From positions 768,001 through 832,000 of the forward strand of contig OY762897.2 in NCBI GenBank assembly GCA_963666515.2: a stretch of DNA of 64,000 bases, given 5' to 3'. The DNA is from Candidatus Binatia bacterium. Lineage in GTDB: Bacteria; Desulfobacterota; Binatia; UBA9968; JAJDTQ01. Under the pieces are notes generated by a model. That model had not been told where the DNA came from. It saw nothing but the letters and a program-made list of their open reading frames with translations, and searched no databases. Position numbers and translations under genes: made by a program. Below, piece by piece: positions 51,521-62,830 of this stretch (position 1 is its first letter; each line of letters begins with the position of its first letter).

Positions 51521-52441
51521 ATGCGCATCGCCGCTGTAGACTTGGTCAGCAACACTTGCTTCCCGGCCTTGGCCGCCCAGGAGTTGGGCTTCTACCGGGA
51601 AGAGGGTGCGGACGTGGAAATCGAGCTGGTGTCCCAGATCGGCGCCACCCGGGCGCTTCGGGAGGGCGCTGCGGACGCCATGATCGCCGGGTCGGTGCAC
51701 GACCTGCTGCGGGAGTTTCCTGGTTGGAACGGCGCCAAGCTGCTGGTGGCGCTGTCCCAGGGGACGCCGTGGCTTTTGACGGTGAGGGCGGACCTTGAAG
51801 CGGAACGCGGTGACCTCGACGCGCTCAAGGGACTGCGCGTCACCGCCGCTGAAGGGCCGGACTTGGTGTTCAAGACGCTGTTGGCCGCCGGGGGACTCGA
51901 TCCAGAGCGCGACGTGAGCATCGTGCACCTGCCGGGCTCCGAAGCCAGGGATGTATCGTTCGGCGTCTACGCCGCGCGCGGCCTGGAGTCCGGGCAGATC
52001 GACGGCTTCTGGTCCAATGCAATGGGCAGCGCCACCGCGGTTTCGCTCGGCGTCGGCAAGGTTCACGTGGACGTGCGGCGGGGCGACGACCCGGCGGAGG
52101 TGCGTTACTGTACCTTCGCGGGCCTCGGCACCACGGACGCGTTCATCGAGCGGGAGCCGGAGCAGGCGGCGGCCGCGGTGCGGGCCATCGTGAAAGCGCA
52201 GAAGGCGTTGCGCGCGGATCCGTCCAAGGCGGCCCAAGTCGGGGAGGGGCTGTTTCCGGAGGACGCCGCCGCGCTGATCACGGGCATCGTCGAGCGGGAC
52301 GTGCCGTTCTACGAGCCGGCCATCTCCGAGGAGGCAGTGGCGAAGCTGAACGCGTTCGCGCAATCCGTAGGCCACCTGCCGGGGCCGGTGGCCTACGAGC
52401 AGGTGGCGGCGGTGCGGTTCCGCGATCTGTGGCAGGGTTGA
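51521..52441 (+). CDS. ABC substrate-binding protein (NMT1/SsuA-like)
   Basis: AAQELGFYREEGADVEI, LKGLRV, AAVRAIVKAQ; no permease nearby. Confidence 0.75.
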   Translation: MRIAAVDLVSNTCFPALAAQELGFYREEGADVEIELVSQIGATRALREGAADAMIAGSVHDLLREFPGWNGAKLLVALSQGTPWLLTVRADLEAERGDLDALKGLRVTAAEGPDLVFKTLLAAGGLDPERDVSIVHLPGSEARDVSFGVYAARGLESGQIDGFWSNAMGSATAVSLGVGKVHVDVRRGDDPAEVRYCTFAGLGTTDAFIEREPEQAAAAVRAIVKAQKALRADPSKAAQVGEGLFPEDAAALITGIVERDVPFYEPAISEEAVAKLNAFAQSVGHLPGPVAYEQVAAVRFRDLWQG

Positions 52442-52470
52442 GCACGAACTGCGGGCCGTCCATCCCTCGC

Positions 52471-52500
52471 CCCTGGATTCCGGCTTTCGCCGGAATGACG
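52471..52500 (-). repeat. Palindromic repeat family A
   Basis: CCCTGGATTCCGGCTTTCGCCGGAATGACG, exact reverse complement of the family A core; between convergent genes. Confidence 0.85.
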
Positions 52501-52529
52501 GGTTTCGGGCCTCGGTGCGGTTGCCGGGC

Positions 52530-53771
52530 TCAGAACCCCGCTGCCGGCTCCAGCGCTCCCTCCGGCGGCGTCCGCGTCTCGTAGGCCCACTCGGGCATGC
52601 GGCTCTCCATGCCGTTGGCTTGCAGCTCGGCCTCGTAGGTCTTTCGGATCTGCGGGTCCTCGTCCATGTAGGAGATCGCGTTGCCGCCTTCGCGGGTGTC
52701 CACCGCGCCCACGTCCTTGGCCTGGGCGCCCGGTGCGCCGCCGCGCCGGAAGCCGGGTCCGTAGGGGCCGTCGAAGATGAGCAGGCGCAGGCCCTCCGGG
52801 TCGGTGCCGAAATGCTGGTGGAACCAGTCGCCGCGCATGGGTGCGGCGCTGATCATGCCCACCGGCTCGTAGGTCTGCTGCTTGACGTCGTCGCCGCGTC
52901 CTTCCTCCCACGGCCGCATGCCCAAGGTGTCCGGCCACGTGTAGCTGAAACCCTTGCCCTTGATGCAGACCAGGATGGCGCCGGAGGTGTGCTTGTGGGC
53001 CTTGGAGTATTGCCCGGTCTCGTACTGGGCGATCTTCATGTAGAAGTTGGCGCCGGCCATGTGCGGCTCCACGCGACGGTAGCTGAAGGAACGCCGGTTG
53101 TCCCGCGGCAGCTCGCAGGTGACGATGTCCGGGATGACGTTGGTGAGGCGCATGGCGAGGCCGCGCACCGGGTCGGCGTGGATTTCTTCCACCTCCTTGA
53201 AGTAGTCGTCCTGTCCTGCGAACCGCTTGCTGAACTCGTACGGGCAGTTCATTACGAACTCGGCGTCGCGGACCAGGTTCAGGATGTTGGGGGCGGTGGT
53301 GGCGGCCAGCAGCAGAGCCGGCGCGGAGGTGGCGTTGACCACCCGGTGCCAAGCGTTCAGCGGGATGCCGAAGAGCGAGCCCGGACCCCATTCGAAGGTG
53401 AGTTTGTTGTTCTCGCTCTCGTGCCACACCTCGGTGGTGCCGCGCCCCTCCACCACGTAGTAGGTCTCCTCGTAGAGATGGCGCTCGGGGTTGAGCGCGC
53501 CCGCGCCGGGGACCTCCACCACGTACATGCCCCAAAGGTGCTCGGTGCCCAGGAGCTGGATGCCGATGCCGCGTCCGCCCAGCCGTTTCCAGGGCTTGAA
53601 CGGCAGGTCCTGGACCTTGTGCACGCCGATGTCCCGGTGGATGGCGATGCCCTGGTCCTCCATGAAACGGTCGTAGGGCGACTTGGGGTTCTTCCATGTC
53701 CCGAATCCGGCCTTGCCGGTGGCCGAGGGCTCGTTGAAGTCGAAAAGTTCCGCGCCGGGTTCAACTCCCAT
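52530..53771 (-). CDS. Bicupin protein (possible ring-cleavage dioxygenase-like)
   Basis: ERHLYEE...PLNAWH and KAHKH...WFHQH cupin motifs. Confidence 0.75.
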   Translation of the reverse strand: MGVEPGAELFDFNEPSATGKAGFGTWKNPKSPYDRFMEDQGIAIHRDIGVHKVQDLPFKPWKRLGGRGIGIQLLGTEHLWGMYVVEVPGAGALNPERHLYEETYYVVEGRGTTEVWHESENNKLTFEWGPGSLFGIPLNAWHRVVNATSAPALLLAATTAPNILNLVRDAEFVMNCPYEFSKRFAGQDDYFKEVEEIHADPVRGLAMRLTNVIPDIVTCELPRDNRRSFSYRRVEPHMAGANFYMKIAQYETGQYSKAHKHTSGAILVCIKGKGFSYTWPDTLGMRPWEEGRGDDVKQQTYEPVGMISAAPMRGDWFHQHFGTDPEGLRLLIFDGPYGPGFRRGGAPGAQAKDVGAVDTREGGNAISYMDEDPQIRKTYEAELQANGMESRMPEWAYETRTPPEGALEPAAGF

Positions 53772-54038
53772 GATGTCCTCCTTGGCTTCCAGGTCGTTGT
53801 CCGAAGGGATGTTAGCCGTGGTCCCCGGCACGGTCAAGCGAGCCCGTCAGGCCCAGCGCAGGCGGCCTTTTCCCCGCGTGGACACGGGGTCTCCGGCATT
53901 TGATAGGGTAGGGGCTTTGATCTATAGTGGCAGTGCTTCGGCGGACCGTGGCCGAGGCGCTTTCCAAGGGGCAAACGAGACACCGGAGATACTCGGCAAC
54001 GAGGCGGCGCGCCGCCCGTTCGAGGAAGGAGCAGATCC

Positions 54039-55172
54039 ATGAAGGACGGATTTCGCGTGATCGATTCGGATCGACACATCATGGAGCCTTCGGACATGTA
54101 TGACCGCTACATGCCGAAGAAGTTCCACGGGCGGGTGAAGATCACCGGACCCAACCAGTCCAACCGTTTTGTGGACGGCAAGCCCGTCTCCGATTCCAAC
54201 AGGCGGCCCGACCGCGAGGTCACCGACTACGGCTTCATCTTCGCCAGCAACGCCGCCTGGCGCGAGACCTTCGCAGAGGCCATCGCCACCGGTTTCGACC
54301 CCGCGTCCAATCTCCGCGACATGGACAGGGAAGGCATCGACCTGAGCGTGCTGTTCCCGACCATGGGCCTCTACGTCATGTGGAGCTCGGACATCGACCC
54401 GGAGTTGAGCCAGGCCATCTGCCGGGCCTACAACACCTGGCTCGCCGAGTACTGCAGCCATGACGAGTCGCGGCTGCGCGGCGTCATGCTGCTGCCCTTG
54501 CAGGACCCCGCCCGGGCCGTCGAGGAGCTGCGCTACGCGCGCGAGAAGCTGGGCCTGGTGGGCATCTTCTGGCGCCCCAACAAGCTCTGCGGCCGCACGC
54601 TGGCCAGTCCCGACTACTACCCCGTCTACGAGGCGGCCCAGGACCTGGGCGTCACCGTGTGCGTCCACGAGGGCGCGCGCACGGTCCTGGACCAGGCCGG
54701 AAGCGACCGCTACAGTGAGTTCGGCCGCCACGTGGCCTGCCACCCGCTGGAGCAGATGCTCGCGTGCCTGAGCCTCTGCGGCGACGGCGTGCTGGAGAAG
54801 TTCCCGACCCTCAAGGTCGCCTACCTGGAGTCCGGCTGCGGCTGGGTGCCCTTCTGGCTGGAGCGCATGGACGAGCACTGGGAGCACGAGTCCCACGGCT
54901 CCGCCAAGACCACCCCGGAGAAGCCCAGCTTCTACTTCCACCGCCAGTGCTGGGTGAGCTGCGAGGCCGGCGAGGAGTTGGTGCCGAGCTTCGTCGAGCA
55001 CGTCGGCAACGACCGCCTCACCATGGCCACGGACTATCCCCACAGCGACTGCATCGACAAGTGGCCGGACCTCACCGTGGGCGCCCTCAGCGCCAACGAC
55101 AAGCTGTCGGAGGAGACGCGCCGCAAGATCCTGTGGGACAACCCGGTGCAGATGTTCAGCCTGGGAATGTAG
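54039..55172 (+). CDS. Amidohydrolase_2 family protein
   Basis: IDSDRHIMEP, VCVHEG, LESGCGW, ATDYPH. Confidence 0.9.
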   Translation: MKDGFRVIDSDRHIMEPSDMYDRYMPKKFHGRVKITGPNQSNRFVDGKPVSDSNRRPDREVTDYGFIFASNAAWRETFAEAIATGFDPASNLRDMDREGIDLSVLFPTMGLYVMWSSDIDPELSQAICRAYNTWLAEYCSHDESRLRGVMLLPLQDPARAVEELRYAREKLGLVGIFWRPNKLCGRTLASPDYYPVYEAAQDLGVTVCVHEGARTVLDQAGSDRYSEFGRHVACHPLEQMLACLSLCGDGVLEKFPTLKVAYLESGCGWVPFWLERMDEHWEHESHGSAKTTPEKPSFYFHRQCWVSCEAGEELVPSFVEHVGNDRLTMATDYPHSDCIDKWPDLTVGALSANDKLSEETRRKILWDNPVQMFSLGM

Positions 55173-55186
55173 GCGGGATACGAGCG

Positions 55187-56212
55187 ATGGCGAAATACCG
55201 GGTCGTCTACTGCGGCAGCAACGATGTTCCCGTCGACCTGATCGAGCCCATCCTGCGCGAGGCGGACGCGGAGATGGTGATCGCCAGGCCGGCCAACGAC
55301 GAGGAGCTGGCGGAGGCCGGGCGCGACGCCGACGGCATGATCTTCCACGGCGCCCTGCCGCTCACCCGCGAGATCATCGAGAAGCTCAACCGCTGCAAGG
55401 TGGTGTGCCGCACCGGCGTGGGCGTGGACCGACTGGACCTGGAAGCGGCCAGGGAGCACGGCGTCACCGTGTGCAACGCCGCCGGCTGCAACTCCATCGA
55501 AGTGTCGGAGCAGATGATCGGCCTCATGATCGCCATCTCCCGCAAGCTCGTGCGCATGAACCAGTACGTGCGCGAGGGCCGCTGGCGCCGCCACACCGCG
55601 GAGCTGCACTCCTGGCGCGGCCCGGTGTCGCGCATCGCCGGGCAGACCCTGGGCATCGTGGGCCTGGGCAACGTGGGGCGCCAAGTGGCGCCCCGGGCCC
55701 AGGGCATGAAGATGAACGTCCAGGCGGTGGACCCCTACGTGGCTCCCGAGATCGCCGAGGCCATGGGCGTCAAGCTGGTTTCGCAGGACGAGCTGGTGCG
55801 CACGTCGGACGTCATCAGCCTGCACGCGCCGCTGGTGCCCGCCACCCGCAAGATGTTCGGCAAGGCCCAGTTCGCCGCCATGAAGAAGACGGCCTACCTC
55901 CTCAACTGCGCCCGCGGCGGCCTGGTGGACACCGACGCCCTCTACGAGGCCCTCACCACCGGCGAGATCGCCGGCGCCGCCCTCGACGTCACCGACCCCG
56001 AGCCCATGCCCGCCGACCACCCGATCCTCACCCTCCCCAACGTCATCGTCACCTGCCACACCGCCGCCAACTCCAACGAGTCCTACGTCGACTGCCAGAC
56101 CCACGCCGCCAGGGAAGTCGTGCGTGTCCTCCAGGGCGAGCCCCCCACCACCGAGATCAACGACCCGTGGCTGGTGGGCGAGGCCCAGGACCAGGGGTTC
56201 GGAGGGGTGTGA
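55187..56212 (+). CDS. D-isomer-specific 2-hydroxyacid dehydrogenase (CtBP/SerA-like)
   Basis: RTGVGVD, GIVGLGNVG, NCARGG, ALDV..PEP, TCH. Confidence 0.92.
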   Translation: MAKYRVVYCGSNDVPVDLIEPILREADAEMVIARPANDEELAEAGRDADGMIFHGALPLTREIIEKLNRCKVVCRTGVGVDRLDLEAAREHGVTVCNAAGCNSIEVSEQMIGLMIAISRKLVRMNQYVREGRWRRHTAELHSWRGPVSRIAGQTLGIVGLGNVGRQVAPRAQGMKMNVQAVDPYVAPEIAEAMGVKLVSQDELVRTSDVISLHAPLVPATRKMFGKAQFAAMKKTAYLLNCARGGLVDTDALYEALTTGEIAGAALDVTDPEPMPADHPILTLPNVIVTCHTAANSNESYVDCQTHAAREVVRVLQGEPPTTEINDPWLVGEAQDQGFGGV

Positions 56213-56232
56213 GCGGAATTGGAAGGTTGGTG

Positions 56233-56427
56233 ATGAAGAAGCCAGTTGAAGTACAGCGGAAGAGCCGGCGCAGATTGGGCATCCTCAAGGAAATGATGAG
56301 CGAAGAGGAACTGAATGCGCTCATCGAGGCGGTCGAACAACCGTTGTCGCCGGAAGATCAGGCGGCTCTGGAAGGTGCGCTCACGGACGATCTCGGCATC
56401 GCCAAGCCGCAAGCCCTCAAGGACTAG
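56233..56427 (+). CDS. Small hypothetical protein, possibly an orphan antitoxin fragment
   Basis: 64 aa MKKPVEVQRKSRRRLGILK..., lower GC, next to a TA pair. Confidence 0.4.
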   Translation: MKKPVEVQRKSRRRLGILKEMMSEEELNALIEAVEQPLSPEDQAALEGALTDDLGIAKPQALKD

Positions 56428-56830
56428 CGTCGGCGCTACGGCGCGGGCGACCACCCTTGCGACCGTTTTCCCTTGCGGCCGTCGCCTTGGCCGACGAACG
56501 ACTCTTGCCGCCGGCCGCACCCATACGCGCCGCCATCCAACTCCTGGAGCCAAAGACGCCCTGCAACAAGGCCGGGACGTAGAGATCGGCATCGAGTCGG
56601 GGCCAGTGCAGGCCCAACCCGGTGGGGCTGATCTCGATCTCAGCGAGATCATCGGGCGACGCCCCGGCCAGTCCCTCTGCCAGCGTAGCGGGAAAAGTCA
56701 GTTCCACACCGGTGTTAAGCCGCACGATCACGCGTTGTCTGCGCCGGTCGAACCGGGCGGCGTGGACATGGCCGGCATCGCGCTCGACTCGCGCTTGCGC
56801 TTTTTCGAATTCCGCTTCAGTAACGGCCAT
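56417..56830 (-). CDS. DUF2442 family antitoxin-like protein
   Basis: GLGLHWPRLDADLYVPALL, AARENGRKGGRP. Confidence 0.85.
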   Translation of the reverse strand: MAVTEAEFEKAQARVERDAGHVHAARFDRRRQRVIVRLNTGVELTFPATLAEGLAGASPDDLAEIEISPTGLGLHWPRLDADLYVPALLQGVFGSRSWMAARMGAAGGKSRSSAKATAARENGRKGGRPRRSADASP

Positions 56831-57065
56831 GGATATTTCTCCATTCCTCGCACAGTGTTTGAAGGGCCTGAGCCAGACCTTCGTTGATGCGATTCACTTC
56901 CCGATGTCCGAAACCATAGCTGGTGCGCAACTCCGGCGGACCATTTGGACAGTGCAGTGCGAACACAGCTTCTTTACCCGCTCCAATCACGTGAACGTGA
57001 GGTGGGCGATGGTCGTTCGGATAGATGACCACACGCATGCCATCGAAACGGAGCACCGTCGGCAT
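56817..57065 (-). CDS. DUF4160 family toxin-like protein
   Basis: MPTVLRFDG..IYPNDHRPPHVHV. Confidence 0.87.
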   Translation of the reverse strand: MPTVLRFDGMRVVIYPNDHRPPHVHVIGAGKEAVFALHCPNGPPELRTSYGFGHREVNRINEGLAQALQTLCEEWRNIHGRY

Positions 57066-57181
57066 GGCTCAAGATAACAGAACCCAAGCGTTTGGGAAAG
57101 GGTGATGAAGCGTAGATTGGACGTGCCAGCGCCGCCTTTGGTAAGGTGGCACCGGAGCTAAAGACGCGACGCCCTAAGGCT

Positions 57182-57550
57182 TCAAGCCGGAGACCAGCAG
57201 CCCACCTCGACGCGGTTCCCTGATCCGGGGTCAAGCGCGTAGAAAACCGCCATGTCGTCGCGGTCGAGGATGGCCATATCGAACGTGATCCCGGCTGCTG
57301 CAAGGACGGCGTACTGCTTTTTCACTTCCTCGATGGTGTCCACGGTGAATCCGAAGTGGAGCCACTCGGGAGGTTCTCCCCGTTCCTCCACAGGCCTGAG
57401 GGCAAGGAGAAAACCGTCCTTGTCCGCTTCGCGCACGAGGAACGTTTCACCGTCCGCTTCCCACCCTTTTCTGAATCCGAAGAAGCGCTCGTAGAACGCG
57501 ACGGAAGCATCCACGTCGTACGTCGAGACTTGAAGGTGATTGAGCTTCAT
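57182..57550 (-). CDS. VOC/glyoxalase family protein
   Basis: MKLNHLQV...FYERFFG, HFGF, DPGSGNRVEV. Confidence 0.85.
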   Translation of the reverse strand: MKLNHLQVSTYDVDASVAFYERFFGFRKGWEADGETFLVREADKDGFLLALRPVEERGEPPEWLHFGFTVDTIEEVKKQYAVLAAAGITFDMAILDRDDMAVFYALDPGSGNRVEVGCWSPA

Positions 57551-57575
57551 GGTCGGGTGTGCGGAATCCTGGTCG

Positions 57576-59888
57576 CTAGCCCTTCCGCGCTTCCTTGATT
57601 GCCCGCCACAGCTTCGGCGCGGTGTAAGGCATGTCGATGTGATCGATGCCCAGCGGTGACAACGCGTCCATGACGGCGTTGGCGACGGCCGGCGGGGCGC
57701 CGTTGGTGCCGGCTTCGCCGACGCCCTTGACGCCCAGGGGATTGAAGGGGTTGAGGGTTTCGGTCTCGCCGAGGATGAGGGGCGGCATGGTGCTGGCGCG
57801 CGGCACGGCGTAGTCCATGAGGGTGCCGGTGCGGGGCTGGCCTTCCTCGTCGAAGACCATTTGTTCGCACAGGGCTTCACCCAGGCCTTGGGCGAGGCCG
57901 CCGTGGACCTGGGCCTCTACGATCATGGGGTTCAGGACTACGCCGATGTCGTCCACCAGCACCAACTTCTCGATGGTCAGCTCGCCGGTGTCGGCGTCGA
58001 TGCGCACCAGCGCCACGTGGGCGCCGAAGCCCCAGGCCTCGCGGTTGGGGTCGAAGAAGGCGATCTCGTGAAGACCGGGGTCCATGCCTGCCGGGGTGCC
58101 CTTGGCGTGGGCCGCGCCGGCCACTTGGCGCCAGGTCACGTTCCGTTCCGGCACGCCGGCCACGGCGAAACCGCCCTCGACCTGGACCACGTCGTCGGGC
58201 GAGGCTTCCATGAGGTTGCCGGCGATGGCCTTGGCCTTGGCGACCAGGCGTTCGGCCGCGGTGGCAAGGGCGCCGCCGCCCATGACCGCGCTGCGGCTGC
58301 CGAAGGTGCCGGTGCCCTGCTGGATGGCGATGGTGTCGCCGTGACGCACCACCACGCTTTCCATGGGCACCTTGAGCAGGTCCGCCGCTACCTGTGCCCA
58401 CACGGTCTCGTGCCCCTGTCCGTGGGAGCTGGAACCCGTGAGCACGGTGACCGCGCCGGTGCGGTCCACGCGCACGGCGCCGCTCTCGAATCCGGCGCCG
58501 CCGCTGGGCTCCACGAAGGTGGAGACGCCGACGCCCACCAGTTCGCCGCGTTCCCGCGCCTCGTCGCGCATGCGGATGAGCCGGTCGTAGTCGGACAGCC
58601 TCAGCGCCTCGTCAAGTGACTTCTCGTAGTCTCCCGAGTCGTACACGACGTTCACACCGGTGCGGTAGGGGAACTGGTCCGGCTGGATGTAGTTCTTGCG
58701 GCGAATCTCCAGGGTATCCATGCCCAAGTCCCGCGCGGCCTTGTCGGCCAGCCGCTCGATGTTGAGCACCGACTCCGGCCGCCCGGCGCCGCGGTACGGC
58801 CCCGTGGGCACGGTGTTGGTGAAGGCCGAGACGATCTCCACCCGCACGTCCTGGATCTGGTAGCAGCCCGGAGCCATCACCAGCATGCGCTGGGGCGGTC
58901 CGGCGGTGGCGGAGTGCAGGTACGCACCCAGGTTCGCCACCACCCGCACCTTGAGGCCCAGCATCCTGCCGTCCTTGCTCAAGGCCAGCTCCGAGGTCAT
59001 GGCCTGGTCGCGTCCCTGGCAGGTGGTCAGGAAGTCCTCGCTACGGGTGGCCATCCACTTGACGGGCCGATTGAGCTTTTGGGCCACGTGGCACACCAGC
59101 ACGTCCTCGCGGTAGACGCAGCCCTTGCTGCCGAAGCCGCCGCCCACGTTCGGCGCGATGACGTGGATGCGGTTCTCGGGAAAGCCCAGCGAGTTGGCCA
59201 AGTCCGCCCGGGACCGGTGCGGTCCCTGGGTCGACATCCACACCGTCAGCTCGTTGCGGATGGGGTCGGGGTACGCCAGCACCCCCCGCGCCTCCATGGA
59301 CATGGCCACGAGCCGCGGGCTCTTCATGTGAAGGCGGCAGATGTGGTCCGCCTCGGCGAACGCCTTGTCGACGTCGCCGTTCTCCTTCTTCATGGTGTAG
59401 CAATGGTTGGTGCCCAGCTCCTCGTGGGCCAGCGGCGAGCCGTCCTCCAGTGCCGCCTCGGCGTCGGTGACCACGGGCAAGGGATCGTACTCGACCCCGA
59501 TGACCGCGGCCGCGTCTTCCGCCAGCGCACGGCTCTCCGCCACAACCGCCGCGATGGGCGCGCCCACCGCGTGGACGGAGCCGCGGGCCAGCACCGGATG
59601 CTCCGGCATGTTCATGTCCGGCGTCAGCATGGGCGCCCGCAGGGCCAAGTCGCCGGTGTCGTCACCCGTGAGCACGCACACCACCCCGGGCATGGCCGCG
59701 GCCTCGGCGGTGTCGATGGACACGATGCGCGCGTGGGGGTGGGTGCTCCGGTGAATCGCCACGTGCAGGATGCCCGGCAGCTTCACGTCGTCCACGTAGC
59801 ATCCTTGGCCGGTGAGCAGGGGAGGGTCCTCGACCCGGCGGATGGAAGCGCCGATGAGGCTGTCGGGGTTGTTTTGCTCTGTGCTCAT
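57576..59888 (-). CDS. Xanthine dehydrogenase-family Mo-binding subunit (CoxL form II-like)
   Basis: RRVED, VGGGFGSK, PYRGAGR, HGQGHET, KGVGEAG. Confidence 0.92.
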   Translation of the reverse strand: MSTEQNNPDSLIGASIRRVEDPPLLTGQGCYVDDVKLPGILHVAIHRSTHPHARIVSIDTAEAAAMPGVVCVLTGDDTGDLALRAPMLTPDMNMPEHPVLARGSVHAVGAPIAAVVAESRALAEDAAAVIGVEYDPLPVVTDAEAALEDGSPLAHEELGTNHCYTMKKENGDVDKAFAEADHICRLHMKSPRLVAMSMEARGVLAYPDPIRNELTVWMSTQGPHRSRADLANSLGFPENRIHVIAPNVGGGFGSKGCVYREDVLVCHVAQKLNRPVKWMATRSEDFLTTCQGRDQAMTSELALSKDGRMLGLKVRVVANLGAYLHSATAGPPQRMLVMAPGCYQIQDVRVEIVSAFTNTVPTGPYRGAGRPESVLNIERLADKAARDLGMDTLEIRRKNYIQPDQFPYRTGVNVVYDSGDYEKSLDEALRLSDYDRLIRMRDEARERGELVGVGVSTFVEPSGGAGFESGAVRVDRTGAVTVLTGSSSHGQGHETVWAQVAADLLKVPMESVVVRHGDTIAIQQGTGTFGSRSAVMGGGALATAAERLVAKAKAIAGNLMEASPDDVVQVEGGFAVAGVPERNVTWRQVAGAAHAKGTPAGMDPGLHEIAFFDPNREAWGFGAHVALVRIDADTGELTIEKLVLVDDIGVVLNPMIVEAQVHGGLAQGLGEALCEQMVFDEEGQPRTGTLMDYAVPRASTMPPLILGETETLNPFNPLGVKGVGEAGTNGAPPAVANAVMDALSPLGIDHIDMPYTAPKLWRAIKEARKG

Positions 59889-59948
59889 GAGTGGTCCTCG
59901 AAGGTTTGAACGCGCATCGCGTCGACCCTGAACCTCTGTGCCGAAGGT

Positions 59949-60809
59949 CTATACCCGCGCCGCGGCGGCCTCGATGGCGCGCCCGGCGTAGACCACCGCC
60001 ATGTGGCGCTTGTATTCCTCGTCGGCGTAGGAGTCCGCATGGGGATCGATGCCCTCACCGGCCTGCCGGGCCGCCTCAGCGATTACGTCCGTCGTGAGCT
60101 GCTTCCCCACGAGCGCGGCTTCCGTCCCGGTGGCCCGGTGCGGCGTTCCGCCCACGCCTCCCAGCACCACCCGCGCGCCCGTGCAGGCGCCGCCGTCCAC
60201 GGTCAACGCCGCTGCCGCGCTTACTACCACATAGCCCGAGGCCGGGTGCGGTAGCTTGGCGTAGCTCGTACGCGCAGGCGTGGAGGGCAACGGGATCCGT
60301 ATGGACGTAAGGATCTCGTTGGGCTCCAGCGCGGTGGTGAAGAAGTCCACGAAGAAGTCGTCCGCCGCCACCGTACGCTCGCCGCCGGACGAGGTCAGCA
60401 CGAACGACGCATTCAGCGCCGTGAGGGTCACGGGGAGATCGGCGCCGGGGTCTGCGTGGGCGACGCTGCCGCCCATGGTGCCGCGGTTCCGCACCTGCAG
60501 GTCGCCGATGACCGAGGCCGTGTCCGCGAGCCCCGGCAGAAGGCCCCGGACGGTCTCCGACGTGGCCACCTCGGTGTGGGTGGTGAGGGCGCCGATGACC
60601 AGCGTGTCGCCGTCGGTGCGGATGCCGCTCAGTCCGGGAATCCGGCTCAGGTCGATGAGCACCTCCGGCTGGGTCAGCCGGAGCTTCATGGCCGGCAGCA
60701 GGCTGTGTCCTCCGGCCAGCAGCTTGGCGTCCTCGCCGTGTTGCCGCAAAAGGCCGAAGGCTTCCTCCAGGGAGCCGGGTGCGTCGTATCCGAAGCTGGC
60801 TGGGTGCAT
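59949..60809 (-). CDS. FAD-binding subunit (CoxM-like)
   Basis: LAGGHSLLPAMKLR, VRNRGTMGGS..HADP. Confidence 0.92.
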   Translation of the reverse strand: MHPASFGYDAPGSLEEAFGLLRQHGEDAKLLAGGHSLLPAMKLRLTQPEVLIDLSRIPGLSGIRTDGDTLVIGALTTHTEVATSETVRGLLPGLADTASVIGDLQVRNRGTMGGSVAHADPGADLPVTLTALNASFVLTSSGGERTVAADDFFVDFFTTALEPNEILTSIRIPLPSTPARTSYAKLPHPASGYVVVSAAAALTVDGGACTGARVVLGGVGGTPHRATGTEAALVGKQLTTDVIAEAARQAGEGIDPHADSYADEEYKRHMAVVYAGRAIEAAAARV

Positions 60810-60813
60810 GCTG

Positions 60814-61290
60814 TTACCTCATCTGCTCGGCCGCCGCGCGGATGGCCTTGACGATGTTCACGTAGCCCGTGCAGCGGCACAAGTTGCCTTCCAGGGCGTG
60901 CTTGATGGCGTCGTCGTCGGGATCGGGCTGGGTCTCCAGCAGGTGCGCGGCGGTCATCACCATGCCCGGCGTGCAATAGCCGCACTGGAGGCCGTGCTCT
61001 TGCTGAAAGGCGGCCTGGACGGGGTGCAAGTCGGCGCCGTCCGCCAGCCCCTCGATGGTGGTGACCTCAGCGCCGTCGGCCTGCACCGCCAGCACTGTGC
61101 AGGACTTCACCGCGGCGCCGTTGAGATGCACCGTGCACGCGCCGCATTGGCTCGTATCGCAGCCCACGTGGGTGCCGGTGAGCCCCAGGTTCTCGCGCAG
61201 GAAGTGCACCAGCAAGAGGCGCGGCTCCACTTCGGCCGCGCGCGCCTTGCCGTTCACGGCAACGTTGATGGGTAATGCGGCGTGTTTCAT
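60814..61290 (-). CDS. 2Fe-2S subunit (CoxS-like)
   Basis: [26 protein letters not shown]. Confidence 0.93.
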   Translation of the reverse strand: MKHAALPINVAVNGKARAAEVEPRLLLVHFLRENLGLTGTHVGCDTSQCGACTVHLNGAAVKSCTVLAVQADGAEVTTIEGLADGADLHPVQAAFQQEHGLQCGYCTPGMVMTAAHLLETQPDPDDDAIKHALEGNLCRCTGYVNIVKAIRAAAEQMR

Positions 61291-61345
61291 GGTTTCCTCG
61301 CTGCCGTGTATTTTACGCCCGCCCGACATGGGTTCCCGCTTTCCA

Positions 61346-61433
61346 GGCTGTGTCGAAACTCCGTCCTGCGTGCGGAAAGGCGACGACACTCGAATCGTCA
61401 TTCCGGCGAAAGCCGGAATCCAGGGGGTGGGGG
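61346..61433 (+). repeat. Composite repeat (GGCTGTGTCGAAACTCC leader plus family A palindrome), second copy
   Basis: Nearly identical to 27341-27426. Confidence 0.85.
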
Positions 61434-61513
61434 AAGGCGGTAACGGCCTTACATGGCCACTCCGACTTCAAGCACTCTCGCCCGTTTTCGTCAAGGGTCC
61501 TGGAGAAGCGCCG

Positions 61514-62806
<1,293 letters not shown>

Positions 62807-62830
62807 AAGAGAAGTTGTGGATGGATTGCG

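Noticed and set aside
57576-59888. Bona fide form I aerobic CO dehydrogenase, or a selenium-dependent Mo hydroxylase linked to the selenoproteins
   Set aside because: Lacks AYxCSFR, and no cox accessory or yqeB/yqeC genes are in the window.
27323-61433. Repeated palindromes as a CRISPR array
   Set aside because: Copies are dispersed with no regular repeat-spacer periodicity, and no cas genes are present.
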